Assembly: GCA_049644605.1 (NCBI GenBank)
Contig: JBARSF010000005.1
Location: 538-64,537, forward strand
Length of the DNA: 64,000 bases
Direction of reading: 5' to 3'
Source: Anaerolineales bacterium
Lineage (GTDB): Bacteria; Chloroflexota; Anaerolineae; Anaerolineales; UBA11858
Shown here one piece after another: positions 53,138 to 63,164 of this stretch; positions within the stretch are counted from its first letter, which is position 1; every line of letters starts with the position of its first letter. The notes beneath the pieces are model-generated. The model had not been told where the DNA came from. It did not search any database and worked only from the letters and a program-made list of their open reading frames with translations. Both the position numbers and the translations under genes were made by a program.

Positions 53138-53962
53138 CTACTTATGAAGGACGGTCCCTTGAATTTCTCCGCCCAGGACGGATTGAATACTTCCCGGTTC
53201 TTCGCCTGAGAAAATAACCGTTTCCAGGTCCGGGAATTTACGATTAAGTTGAAGCATTTGCCCCACTTTGGCTCTCATTCCTCCGGTAACATCTGTTGCG
53301 TCGGACTGCTGGATATTTTCCAGGAGTGAGAGCTCATCGGCCGGGGTGATTTCTTTTAAAAGGGAGGCACATTCCGGGTAATCCGCCCACACCCCAGGAT
53401 CATGACCGGCAAGCAGGATTCGCTCAGGAGTGATATGTCCCGCGAGATGGATAAAAAGATCTTCTGTAGAAAGGATGGTGCCTCCACGCACTGTGTCAAA
53501 GACCACATCCCCAAAAACAACCGGAAGCAAGCCCTGGTTTAGGGCAGCTTGGAGAGGGTTAAGGTTCCAGGAAATGATTTCCCGATCCTGGGTGAGGATG
53601 GATGCAGAGGGAGCAAATGCGAGCGCGGGCAGTTTTGCTTCGATTAATGAATTAATCACAATCCTGTTTAATGCGGATGCGTCGTGCCATACTTCAGCAA
53701 AACCCTTCCAATCCTCAATGGATTTTACGCCCTCTAGCGTTCCGTGTTTTTTTCCTGAAAAATGCCCAAAAGACCCGGAGCCGTGCCCTAACACAAGCTG
53801 CAGCCGGGGGTTTGTTTTTAACGCCTCGGTTATCTCCCCGGTAATGCGGTTAATAACCTCCAGGCGCGGAGAACGGGCAGTATGTTTATCGGTAATTAAA
53901 GAGCCGCCGAGTTTTAGGAAAACAAGGGAATCCCCTGAGTGAGTTGGCTGGATATGTTCCAT
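53138..53962 (-). CDS. Isopentenyl phosphate kinase (amino-acid-kinase fold)
   Basis: FLKLGGSLITDK and LVLGHGSGSFGH motifs. The ATG at 53962 is preferred over the track start at 54022. It clusters with mevalonate kinase. Confidence 0.7.
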   Translation of the reverse strand: MEHIQPTHSGDSLVFLKLGGSLITDKHTARSPRLEVINRITGEITEALKTNPRLQLVLGHGSGSFGHFSGKKHGTLEGVKSIEDWKGFAEVWHDASALNRIVINSLIEAKLPALAFAPSASILTQDREIISWNLNPLQAALNQGLLPVVFGDVVFDTVRGGTILSTEDLFIHLAGHITPERILLAGHDPGVWADYPECASLLKEITPADELSLLENIQQSDATDVTGGMRAKVGQMLQLNRKFPDLETVIFSGEEPGSIQSVLGGEIQGTVLHK

Positions 53963-54070
53963 AAAGGTATTGTAATCAGAGCTTTTAGCCGGGTCAAGAG
54001 ATGGGAACAGGGCGGGTACCAACCCTCCCTGTATCAGGAGTTTAGTGGATTTGTTATCTAATAAACTGAT

Positions 54071-55084
54071 TTAGGACCAGAAGGCTGGCCAAATCAATTT
54101 GATAACTGTATCTGCGATGATAGCCAGAAAAAACCATCCCCCAAAACGGCGGGTGTGGTGAAAAGCAGCCGCTACAAAATAATTCGGCCACACATCCGGG
54201 AACTCTTCCGGTTTTTCGTCCGGTTTATGATGAGATAATATGGGCCAAATTTCAATCAATGTAGGCAGCGCGGCTAATACAAGCAGCATCACGGGGGTGA
54301 AGAAGCGGATGTAGATTAAATACAGGACTATGAGGTACCCGAAAATTAATAGAACAGTCATGGTCCACCGGGATATTGTTTCTCCCAGCACGACCGGAAG
54401 GGTGTAAATCTTGCGTTCTTTATCCTGTTGGAGTTTATCAATGTGTTTGCCGAACAGCATGGCGGTGACTCCAAATGCATGCGGTAAACTTGCCAGAGCA
54501 ATAGACCAATCCCAGGGTAATCCGGTGATGACGTAATATCCTCCTCCAACCATCAACGGTCCCCAGACAGCAAGTATGGCAAACTCTCCCAGGGCGATAT
54601 ATTTCAGGGGCCAGGTATAAAACAACACAAAAAAGACGCCGAGCCCCATGAAAAACCAGGTAAGCTCACCCCGCATAATGCCCAGGACAACACCGCAGGC
54701 AGCAGCCACTGCTCCAGTAACAGCAGCATAAGTGAGCAGTTCTTTTTTAGTCATCAAGCCGTGGATAAGAGGATGCGGACCATATTGAGCTCGATAGTAG
54801 TTATCCACATCCACTCCCCGGACAAAATCCGTATAATCATTCAGAAAATTATTTGTTCCATGAGCCAGGTACAGTCCAATGGTAACTAACAGCCAGCGCC
54901 AAAGATCAAATTTACCGGCCTGGAAAGCAAAAATTCCTGCGAACGCCGCTGATAGAATAGTTGTCACCAGAACAGCTGCCCTGGTAGCAATCAGCCAGCG
55001 GGAAACCAGATCCAATTCATCCCATTCCTCTTTGGTGATCTGGGGGATAATTTGTAAGGCTTTTCGCCACATCGCAAAATTCAT
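54071..55084 (-). CDS. UbiA-family prenyltransferase (MenA-like)
   Basis: NNFLNDYTDFVRGVD Asp-rich motif in a polytopic membrane protein. Confidence 0.7.
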   Translation of the reverse strand: MNFAMWRKALQIIPQITKEEWDELDLVSRWLIATRAAVLVTTILSAAFAGIFAFQAGKFDLWRWLLVTIGLYLAHGTNNFLNDYTDFVRGVDVDNYYRAQYGPHPLIHGLMTKKELLTYAAVTGAVAAACGVVLGIMRGELTWFFMGLGVFFVLFYTWPLKYIALGEFAILAVWGPLMVGGGYYVITGLPWDWSIALASLPHAFGVTAMLFGKHIDKLQQDKERKIYTLPVVLGETISRWTMTVLLIFGYLIVLYLIYIRFFTPVMLLVLAALPTLIEIWPILSHHKPDEKPEEFPDVWPNYFVAAAFHHTRRFGGWFFLAIIADTVIKLIWPAFWS

Positions 55085-55223
55085 TTTTTTGCTATTCTCC
55101 TTCTTTAAAACTTCCTACCTATCATACCATATGGGGCATTAAGTCAAAAGCAGGGGGATTGGTTAAAACTGTCCCTGCCAAGATATGTATTTATGAAAGC
55201 TGACAGCCAGTTATTCGGGAGTT

Positions 55224-56180
55224 TTAATCAGGACTACGGCTGGATCGAACAGGAGAGAGGATGGTGTGGACGGCACCGGTTTTAACCAGTTCTTTTGCGA
55301 TCTGTTCAGATCCCTCTTTTACCAGCGCGATGATATTTCCCCCCAACCCTCCACCGGATAATTTTGCGCCCAGTGCACCAGCTTTCCTGGCGGCACTCAC
55401 CAACTGATCCAGTTCAGGGCTGGAGACACCCAATTCCACCAGCAGGTCGTGATTCTGGTCCATTAGCGGACCGAGATCCTCAGGTGAACCTGATTGAATC
55501 AGATCATAAGCCTTGTTTGATATTTCACCAATAGATTTAAAAATCCTATCATAATGATCAGGGTCGTTAATCCAATTTTGATGGACAAGTTGAACTGCAT
55601 CCCCTGTATGACCCGGAATCCCGCTGTTCGCAATCAGGATTGAAAAAGGAACCGGGATCGAGAGGAATCGAAACGGCTCTCCCTTTTTATAATAGATCGG
55701 TTTTTGATGGGCGATAACTGTATTGTCGATCCCAGAAGGGGTTCCATGGTGGATTTTTTCTACTTCAAAAGTGAGCTGAGAAACCTGATCATCAGTGAGC
55801 CGTTTTCCTAAAAAAGCGGAGAAGGCCCGAATTACTGCGGCAGATACTGCTGCTCCCGAGCCCAATCCTGAAGCTGTTGGGACTGTTGAAGTAACCCGGA
55901 TTTTGCAGGCAGGAACTGAGGTTGAGTCTCGACCCCTAATTACCGAGCCTACGGCCGCTCGCAGTGGATGGTCAGGATCGAGATCTTTAAATGCGACCGA
56001 GAGAGCGACGTCAGGGGCTTCAATCTGGATTTCACCCGATTTTCCACCAATCACCGCGCTGACATTCGCTCGGGCCTGGACAGCGGTTACAGGAACAGCC
56101 AGCGCAGGTTCTCCGTAAACGACTGCATGTTCACCAAAAAGGATGATTTTGCCGGGGGCAGTAGCAGAAAAAGCAGGCAT
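55224..56180 (-). CDS. mvk: Mevalonate kinase (GHMP kinase)
   Basis: APGKIILFGEHAVVYG, GHMP motif VPTASGLGSGAAVSAA, and GAKLSGGGLGG. Confidence 0.85.
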   Translation of the reverse strand: MPAFSATAPGKIILFGEHAVVYGEPALAVPVTAVQARANVSAVIGGKSGEIQIEAPDVALSVAFKDLDPDHPLRAAVGSVIRGRDSTSVPACKIRVTSTVPTASGLGSGAAVSAAVIRAFSAFLGKRLTDDQVSQLTFEVEKIHHGTPSGIDNTVIAHQKPIYYKKGEPFRFLSIPVPFSILIANSGIPGHTGDAVQLVHQNWINDPDHYDRIFKSIGEISNKAYDLIQSGSPEDLGPLMDQNHDLLVELGVSSPELDQLVSAARKAGALGAKLSGGGLGGNIIALVKEGSEQIAKELVKTGAVHTILSPVRSSRSPD

Positions 56181-56181
56181 G

Positions 56182-57072
56182 TTAATAAATATAGAAAATG
56201 ATTAAGATGCTGAATATCCAGAGTAATATTGCTGCTTGAAGGGGGCGATCTGAGAGCGCAATTTCTTCCGGTGCCCCTCCCTCGCCAATTTGAATGAGGA
56301 ATAAATATCGGAAGATCCCATAAAGCACAAAAGGAATGGTTAACATCATGGAATGATTCTCAGGTAAATTTGGAGCTGAGAATGTATACAGGCTGTAGGC
56401 CACAATGGTTGTTCCGGAAACGATATTAATCAGCTGGTCCAGCAGGCTGATAGTGTATCCACCAAGGCCGGAGGGTAATGTTCCAGAATGGTTTGTTTTT
56501 AATATTAAATCAGCTCGCCGTTTTCCCAAACCGATAAACAGAGCAAACAGGGAGGTCACCACGTACAACCAGGGGGAAAAGCGTTTTACCTCAATTAAAG
56601 TAACACCTGATGTCACCCGCAAGATGTAAAAAGATGCCAGAACAAGGACATCAATTAAGGGGATGTGTTTTAACCAGGATGAGTATATTAAATTCATGAA
56701 CAAGTACAGGACACAAATACCAAGGAATTCCACTGAAAGACGATAAGCCAGGGGAAGGGCAATTACGATTAATCCGATCCCTGCCACCCAGGCAGCTGTT
56801 AATGGAAGCTCACCTGAGGCAATTGGACGATTTTTCTTGTTAGGATGGTTTTGATCTGCTTCAAGATCCGCAATATCATTAAAAATATATACGGCGCTGG
56901 AGAGCAGACTGAACAGGGCAGCTCCAGCGAGGGTGTGAAGAAAAGCGGATTGATCAAGAAGTTTCCGGTCAAAGACCAGCGCGGTAAAAATGAAAACGCT
57001 TTTTGCCCACTGCTTTGGGCGCATGGATTTAATCAAGGCGATAAACATATTGAAATAATAGCATGTTTCCAA
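56182..57072 (-). CDS. UbiA-family prenyltransferase (decaprenyl-phosphate phosphoribosyltransferase-like)
   Basis: FNDIADLEADQNHPNKKNRPIASG motif in a polytopic membrane protein. Its stop lies 1 nt before the mvk start. Confidence 0.7.
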   Translation of the reverse strand: METCYYFNMFIALIKSMRPKQWAKSVFIFTALVFDRKLLDQSAFLHTLAGAALFSLLSSAVYIFNDIADLEADQNHPNKKNRPIASGELPLTAAWVAGIGLIVIALPLAYRLSVEFLGICVLYLFMNLIYSSWLKHIPLIDVLVLASFYILRVTSGVTLIEVKRFSPWLYVVTSLFALFIGLGKRRADLILKTNHSGTLPSGLGGYTISLLDQLINIVSGTTIVAYSLYTFSAPNLPENHSMMLTIPFVLYGIFRYLFLIQIGEGGAPEEIALSDRPLQAAILLWIFSILIIFYIY

Positions 57073-57133
57073 GGGGGATGGTAGGTCTTGCAGGTATTCG
57101 GTCAGCGTGGCTTTGGCATGTTAAAATAAGAGT

Positions 57134-57919
57134 ATGGCAGGAAAAAAGCGGGTTGATCAAATCCTGGTAGAAAAAGGTTTGGTAAAAGATCTTGAGGAAG
57201 CCAAACGTCTGGTTATGGCGGGAAAAGTTCGTCACTTGGGGCAGGTAGTCATGAAAGCCTCCCAGAAAATCTCTGACGGGGATCATATTTCCCTACTCCA
57301 GGAACCAAAATATGTATCCCGGGGAGGCGAAAAATTAAAGGCTGCCTTTGATCATTTTCCGATTTATGTCAGGGACAAAGTTTGTGCGGATGTTGGCGCC
57401 TCAACGGGGGGGTTCACCGATTGTCTTCTGTTACAGGGCGCTTCCAAAGTCTATACAGTTGACGTTGGATATGGGATTCTGGATTGGGGGTTACGCAATG
57501 ATCCTCGGGTTGAGGTTATGGAACGTACCAATGTCCGATCTGTAGAAAAATTACCTGAGTCAGTCTCGTTTATCACTGCTGATGTGTCATTCATTTCACT
57601 AAAAAAGATCCTTCCGGTAGTTAATGGATGGTTTTCATCCGGAGGTGGGGAAGCAGTTGTTTTAGTTAAGCCGCAGTTTGAGGCAACCCGGGAGGAAGCC
57701 GCTCGTGGTATGGGAGTGATATTGGACCCAGAGATTCATCAACGTATCTTATTGGAGGTGCTGGGTTTTGCCAGTCAAATCGGCTTTCAGGTCAATGGAG
57801 TGATACGCTCTCCGCTTTTTGGTCCGGACGGGAACACTGAATTTCTGGCTTGGTTAAAATTTCCTTCCGAACCGGGGTCAGTGGAACAAATCCAAACAAC
57901 AATTTCTTCCCTGTTCTAA
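57134..57919 (+). CDS. tlyA: TlyA-family rRNA 2'-O-methyltransferase
   Basis: N-terminal S4 domain (KRVDQILVEKGLVKDLEEAKRLVMAGKV), VSRGGEKL and the SAM motif ADVGASTGGFTDCLL. Confidence 0.85.
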   Translation: MAGKKRVDQILVEKGLVKDLEEAKRLVMAGKVRHLGQVVMKASQKISDGDHISLLQEPKYVSRGGEKLKAAFDHFPIYVRDKVCADVGASTGGFTDCLLLQGASKVYTVDVGYGILDWGLRNDPRVEVMERTNVRSVEKLPESVSFITADVSFISLKKILPVVNGWFSSGGGEAVVLVKPQFEATREEAARGMGVILDPEIHQRILLEVLGFASQIGFQVNGVIRSPLFGPDGNTEFLAWLKFPSEPGSVEQIQTTISSLF

Positions 57920-57994
57920 GGTGAAGGACGGTTTTTTGATGTACATAATGGGCTGGATTTGAGTAAATTCCAGTATGACCACCATAAAAACTAA

Positions 57995-59230
57995 ATGATT
58001 ACCAAAGACCGCATGTTTTACAGATTTTCCTTATATGGTTTTCTAAAAAACCTCCGGTTTTTTGATCCCTTTATCCTGTTGATATTCAGGTCCTATGGAT
58101 TGACTTTTTTACAGATCGGAATTTTATATTCCATCCGCGATGTTGCCACCAATATTCTTGAAATCCCTACGGGTGTGGTTGCAGACTCCTTTGGCAGAAG
58201 GCGAGCCATGGTGGCGGCCTTCTTGTCCTACATAACCTCATTCATGGTTTTTTATTTTCTAAAAGATTTCCTTTATCTGTCCCTGGCGATGGTGTTGTTT
58301 GCATTCGGGGAGGCTTTCCGTTCTGGGACACATAAAGCCTTGATTCTTGAATACCTGAAGGTTCAGGGGATTAGTGACCTGAAAGTTGCCTATTATGGGT
58401 TAACCCGCAGCGCTTCCCAATTAGGTTCTGCTGTGAATGCCTTGATTGCAGCTGGCCTGGTATTTTATTCTGGCAGTTACCGGGTGATGTTCCTGGCTTC
58501 CACCATTCCTTATTTTCTGGATTTAATAAATGTGATTTCCTATCCAAAATCACTGGATGGAAAGCTTCAACGAATCCGGAAAGAGGAGATTTTGACCCGG
58601 ATAAAAACTACAACCCGCGAATTTATTCAGATATTTTCAAATAAATCTGTGATGAGAGCAATTCTTAACAGTGCGGGATTTGCAGGTGTGTTTAAATCAT
58701 CAAAGGATTATTTACAACCGGTATTGGCAGCTTTGGCTCTCTCTGTATCGATCTTCAATAATCTGGAAGATACACGACGGGAAGCCGTAATTATCGGACT
58801 GGTATATTTTGGGATCTTCGCTCTCACCAGCCTGGCCTCGAGAAGGGCATATCAAGTTAGTGAACGATTCAGGAGCTTGTCGCGGGCAGTAAATCTGACT
58901 TATCTAATGGGTGCCGGTTTGCTGATCCTTTCTGGGATTATGTCCAGGCAGCAAATCATCCTGGTGGCTGTGTTATGTTTTATTGGTTTATATGTGATAA
59001 ATAATATCCGCCGACCCATTAATGTGGGAATCATCAGCGATCAAATTTCCTCCCAGGTAATGGCTTCAGGATTATCAACGGAATCTCAGTTTACTACGAT
59101 CTTCTCAGCATTGTTTTCTCCCTTAATGGGATTCCTGGCGGATAGTTTTGGAGTGGGCAACGGGATTGCCATGATGGGTGTGGGGATGTTAGCCCTTTAT
59201 TCCCTGGTCCGCGTTAAGGAAAAAGTATAA
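57995..59230 (+). CDS. MFS transporter
   Basis: About 12 hydrophobic segments, plus the MFS loop motif ADSFGRRRAM between TM2 and TM3. Confidence 0.7.
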   Translation: MITKDRMFYRFSLYGFLKNLRFFDPFILLIFRSYGLTFLQIGILYSIRDVATNILEIPTGVVADSFGRRRAMVAAFLSYITSFMVFYFLKDFLYLSLAMVLFAFGEAFRSGTHKALILEYLKVQGISDLKVAYYGLTRSASQLGSAVNALIAAGLVFYSGSYRVMFLASTIPYFLDLINVISYPKSLDGKLQRIRKEEILTRIKTTTREFIQIFSNKSVMRAILNSAGFAGVFKSSKDYLQPVLAALALSVSIFNNLEDTRREAVIIGLVYFGIFALTSLASRRAYQVSERFRSLSRAVNLTYLMGAGLLILSGIMSRQQIILVAVLCFIGLYVINNIRRPINVGIISDQISSQVMASGLSTESQFTTIFSALFSPLMGFLADSFGVGNGIAMMGVGMLALYSLVRVKEKV

Positions 59231-59294
59231 GGGCACTTATAAATCCCGGATTAATCCCAAGTCAGCCATACTTCGGGTATACTATGACCTGTTT

Positions 59295-61097
59295 ATGGAT
59301 ATTAATAAAATTCGTAATTTTTCAATCATTGCCCATATAGACCATGGTAAATCCACCCTGGCCGATCGGTTGCTGCAGCTCACCGGCACAGTATCAGCCC
59401 GGGATATGGCAGATCAGGTTCTGGATGATATGGATTTGGAGCGGGAAAAGGGAGTGACTATCAAAGCCTCTGCCGTTCAAATGAAATATTCAGCCAGTGA
59501 CGGGCAGGAATATGAACTAAATCTGATCGACACCCCCGGACACGTTGATTTTGGTTATGAGGTTTCTCGGGCTTTAGCAGCCTGTGAAGGAGCTTTGCTG
59601 GTTGTTGATGCTGCCCAGGGCATGGAAGCCCAAACACTTGCCAATATGTATGCTGCTTTGGAAGCGGATCTGGAGATCATCCCCATCATTAACAAAATCG
59701 ATTTGCCGGCTGCCAGACCGGATGAAATAGCTCAAAATATCAGGGATTTATTGGGAACTCCTCCCGAAAGTATTCTTAGGATATCTGCTAAGGAAGGGGA
59801 AAATATCCAACCCGTTATCGAGAAAATCATTCAGGAAGTTCCTCCCCCGGAGGAAGAGAATAAAAATCAACTGAGAGCATTGATCTTTGATTCCCATTAC
59901 GATTCATATAAAGGTGTGATTGCTTATATCCGGGTATTTGACGGGACTATCACCGGGAAGGATAAACTTCACCTGATGGCCGCCGATAAAGATATTGAAC
60001 CATTTGAACTGGGTGTCTTCTCCCCAGCAATGACACCAGTGGAGACACTCCACCCTGGAGAAGTTGGGTATATTGCAACTGGATTAAAATCGGTCCATGA
60101 GTGCCGGGTTGGCGATACCATAACCTATGCCGGAAATCCAGCCCCCCAGCCTCTTCCCGGGTACAAACAGGCCAAACCGATGGTGTTTGCAGGTTTTTTC
60201 CCGGTGATTAATGAGGAATATGGAAATTTGCGAGACGCCCTGGAAAAACTCCAGCTAAATGATGCTGCCCTGGTTTATGAACCTGAGTCCTCAAAAGCAT
60301 TAAATCTGGGATTCCGATGCGGATTTCTGGGCATGTTCCACATGGAAATTATCCAGGAAAGGTTGGAACGGGAATATAATCTGGATATCATAGCCACTGC
60401 TCCCTCAGTAAAATATCGCGCGATAAAACGGAATGGGGATATGATGGAAATTGATTCACCTGCGGAGCTGCCCGACCGGAGTGACCTGGAAGAAATCCAG
60501 GAGCCCTGGATGAACTTGCAGGTGTATCTGCCTCTGGAGTATTATGGTCCCGTGATGGAATTGGTGACCAGGCGTCGGGGAATTTTTATCAGCCAGGAAT
60601 ATCCATCACCCGACCGGGTGCAGTTAAATTTTCAGATTCCGCTTTCTGAATTAATTGTGGATTTTTTTGATTACTTAAAATCAATCTCCCGGGGGTATGC
60701 TTCGATGGATTATTCTTTTGCGGACTACCGAAGAGAGAACCTGGTAAAACTGGAGATTTTGGTCAATGGAGAACCTGTCGATGGGATGGCATCCATTGTG
60801 CACCGGGATAAAGCCTTCCGGAAGGGCAAGGTTCTTGTCTCCAGATTAAAGGAAATCATCCCTCCCCAGCATTTTGCCGTACCAATCCAGGCATCTGCTG
60901 GAGGAAAAATAATTTCCCGGACGGATGTGAAAGCATTCCGGAAGGATGTCACTGCCAAACTTTACGGGGGTGATGTAACCAGGAAAAGGAAATTACTGGA
61001 AAATCAGAAAGAAGGCCGGAAAAGATTAAAAAGGATTGGCAATATTGATCTCCCACAAGAGGCTTTTATGGCAGTATTAAGGCTTGAGGATGACTAA
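59295..61097 (+). CDS. lepA: Elongation factor 4
   Basis: IRNFSIIAHIDHGKSTLADRLL, LIDTPGHVDF, and INKIDLP. The LepA-specific C-terminal domain is also present. Confidence 0.95.
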   Translation: MDINKIRNFSIIAHIDHGKSTLADRLLQLTGTVSARDMADQVLDDMDLEREKGVTIKASAVQMKYSASDGQEYELNLIDTPGHVDFGYEVSRALAACEGALLVVDAAQGMEAQTLANMYAALEADLEIIPIINKIDLPAARPDEIAQNIRDLLGTPPESILRISAKEGENIQPVIEKIIQEVPPPEEENKNQLRALIFDSHYDSYKGVIAYIRVFDGTITGKDKLHLMAADKDIEPFELGVFSPAMTPVETLHPGEVGYIATGLKSVHECRVGDTITYAGNPAPQPLPGYKQAKPMVFAGFFPVINEEYGNLRDALEKLQLNDAALVYEPESSKALNLGFRCGFLGMFHMEIIQERLEREYNLDIIATAPSVKYRAIKRNGDMMEIDSPAELPDRSDLEEIQEPWMNLQVYLPLEYYGPVMELVTRRRGIFISQEYPSPDRVQLNFQIPLSELIVDFFDYLKSISRGYASMDYSFADYRRENLVKLEILVNGEPVDGMASIVHRDKAFRKGKVLVSRLKEIIPPQHFAVPIQASAGGKIISRTDVKAFRKDVTAKLYGGDVTRKRKLLENQKEGRKRLKRIGNIDLPQEAFMAVLRLEDD

Positions 61098-62094
61098 AGT
61101 GCGAATTAATAAATATCAGGTTAGATTGTTGCTGGGGATCCTGATCAGTTTGGTTACCTTGATTGCCCTGTTCTGGTTTATTGACGGGGATGAAGTTCTT
61201 TCTGCCCTGAAACAGATGAACTTCATCTGGATAATTCCAGGGCTTCTTTTATTGTTCATTTCACTCGTCACGCGGGCAGGGGCTTGGAGGCTGATTTTAA
61301 AAAAGCGGATTTCCCTTCAGCAGTCTTTCCTGGTGGTGAATGCCGGGTATTTTGTTAATACAATCCTTCCCTTCAGGATTGGTGAGATCACAAGGGCCTT
61401 TTTATTAATTCCCGCTGGTTTTAAATTCTGGGAGGCACTGCCGACTATTCTCCTGGAGCGCATGTTTGATATCGTATTCGCGGTAAGTCTATTTTTGGCA
61501 GCTCTTCCATTTTTATTAGATTTTTCCCAGGGAATCATTTACGCCTCTATTCTGGCAAGTATGGTCCTGATTGGATTTGGTTTGTTATTTTACCTCGTGA
61601 AGAATCAGAATCGAGTCTTGTCCTGGCTTGAAGGATTAACCCTCCCCTGGACCAAGGCCCAATCCTGGTTGGTTAATCAGCTGCGATCTGTAATCTCAGG
61701 GTTGGTAATTCTCACAGATCCCGGGCAGCTGGTACGTACATTGGTATTTATGTTCTTAAGCTGGGCAATTGCCCTTATTTATCAATATCTCCTGTTGAGA
61801 GCTTTTATTCCGGATGCGAAATTGATCTGGGCAGTGTTTGCGTTAGGCGCTCTTGCCCTGGGGGTGTCTGTTCCATCATCTCCTGGTAACATTGGTTTAT
61901 ATGAAGCGAGCCTTACCCTGGCATTAACAGCATTTGGAGTGGATCGATCAGTGGCATTTACTTATGCGCTTACCAGTCATGTGTTAAGCCTGGTGATAAC
62001 AACCCTGTTCGGTTCCTTTGCACTGGTCCGGGAAGGATATGCTCTGCGGGATATCTGGCAGTTCAGTAAACAACAGCGAAAGGAAGAAAACTGA
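61084..62094 (+). CDS. Flippase-like/lysylphosphatidylglycerol-synthase TM-region family membrane protein (UPF0104)
   Basis: Polytopic protein of about 8 TM helices, with the RAGAWRLIL and PFRIGEITR motifs typical of this family. It overlaps the lepA end. Confidence 0.65.
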   Translation: MRMTKVRINKYQVRLLLGILISLVTLIALFWFIDGDEVLSALKQMNFIWIIPGLLLLFISLVTRAGAWRLILKKRISLQQSFLVVNAGYFVNTILPFRIGEITRAFLLIPAGFKFWEALPTILLERMFDIVFAVSLFLAALPFLLDFSQGIIYASILASMVLIGFGLLFYLVKNQNRVLSWLEGLTLPWTKAQSWLVNQLRSVISGLVILTDPGQLVRTLVFMFLSWAIALIYQYLLLRAFIPDAKLIWAVFALGALALGVSVPSSPGNIGLYEASLTLALTAFGVDRSVAFTYALTSHVLSLVITTLFGSFALVREGYALRDIWQFSKQQRKEEN

Positions 62095-63119
62095 TGGGTA
62101 CTTGCACATTGATAACTGGCGGGGCAGGTTTTATTGGAATAAATTACGCAGCGCGCCTGATTTCCAGAGGTGACCAGGTGATTATTTTTGATAATCTCTC
62201 CCGGGAAGGAACACCCAGGAATATCGAGTGGCTCAAGAACACTTATGATGAAGATTCATTCCAGCTTATCATCGGAGATGTTCGGGATGCTGATGAGATT
62301 AAAGCTGCCGCACAAACAGCGGATCTGGTCCTGCACTTAGCAGCCCAGGTTGCTGTAACAACCTCAGTTATCGACCCCAGGACTGATTTCGACATCAATG
62401 CGCTGGGGACCTTGAATGTTTTAGAAGCAGCCCGCCAATCCCCAAAACAACCCCCGGTCCTGTATTCCTCTACAAATAAAGTGTATGGAGACCTGGAAGA
62501 TGTTAAGGTAAAAGAAGGTGATAACAGTTATTATTTCCCGGATCACCCAGACGGGATCCCAGAAAGCCAAATATTAGATTTCCATTCCCCTTATGGATGT
62601 TCTAAAGGGGCGGGGGATCAATATGTCCGGGATTATCACCGGATTTTTGGTCTGCCAACCGTGGTATTCCGCCAGAGCTGTATCTATGGACCTCATCAAT
62701 TCGGAATTGAGGACCAGGGCTGGGTCGCCTGGTTTGTCATAGCTGCTGTAACCGGTCGACCAATCACAATCTACGGCGACGGAAAACAAGTCCGGGATTT
62801 ATTGTATGTCGACGATCTGTTAACGGCTTATGACCTGGCAGTTACCCATATTGATAAGACAGCCGGACAAATATATAATATTGGGGGTGGCTCACAGAAT
62901 ACTCTCTCGATTTGGAAGGAATTTGGCCCTTTATTGGAGAGAGAACTGGGACAAGAGATCCCGGTATCCTGGGAGCCTTGGCGTCCTGGAGATCAGCGGG
63001 TGTTTATTGCTGATATACGGAAGGCAAACAAGGATTTTGGGTGGGAACCGGAAATTGATGTTGAAGCTGGAATCCGGAAGTTATTTGATTGGGTGCGCGC
63101 CCATCAGGATTTGTTCTAA
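62094..63119 (+). CDS. NAD-dependent sugar epimerase/dehydratase (extended SDR, CDP-paratose-2-epimerase-like)
   Basis: ITGGAGFIGINY, SSTNKVYG, and the YGCSKGAGD (YxxxK) catalytic motif. Confidence 0.85.
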   Translation: MGTCTLITGGAGFIGINYAARLISRGDQVIIFDNLSREGTPRNIEWLKNTYDEDSFQLIIGDVRDADEIKAAAQTADLVLHLAAQVAVTTSVIDPRTDFDINALGTLNVLEAARQSPKQPPVLYSSTNKVYGDLEDVKVKEGDNSYYFPDHPDGIPESQILDFHSPYGCSKGAGDQYVRDYHRIFGLPTVVFRQSCIYGPHQFGIEDQGWVAWFVIAAVTGRPITIYGDGKQVRDLLYVDDLLTAYDLAVTHIDKTAGQIYNIGGGSQNTLSIWKEFGPLLERELGQEIPVSWEPWRPGDQRVFIADIRKANKDFGWEPEIDVEAGIRKLFDWVRAHQDLF

Positions 63120-63164
63120 AAGCTCCCAGGAAGTAAAAGTTAAGGTTTAAACCGTTTGATTTTT

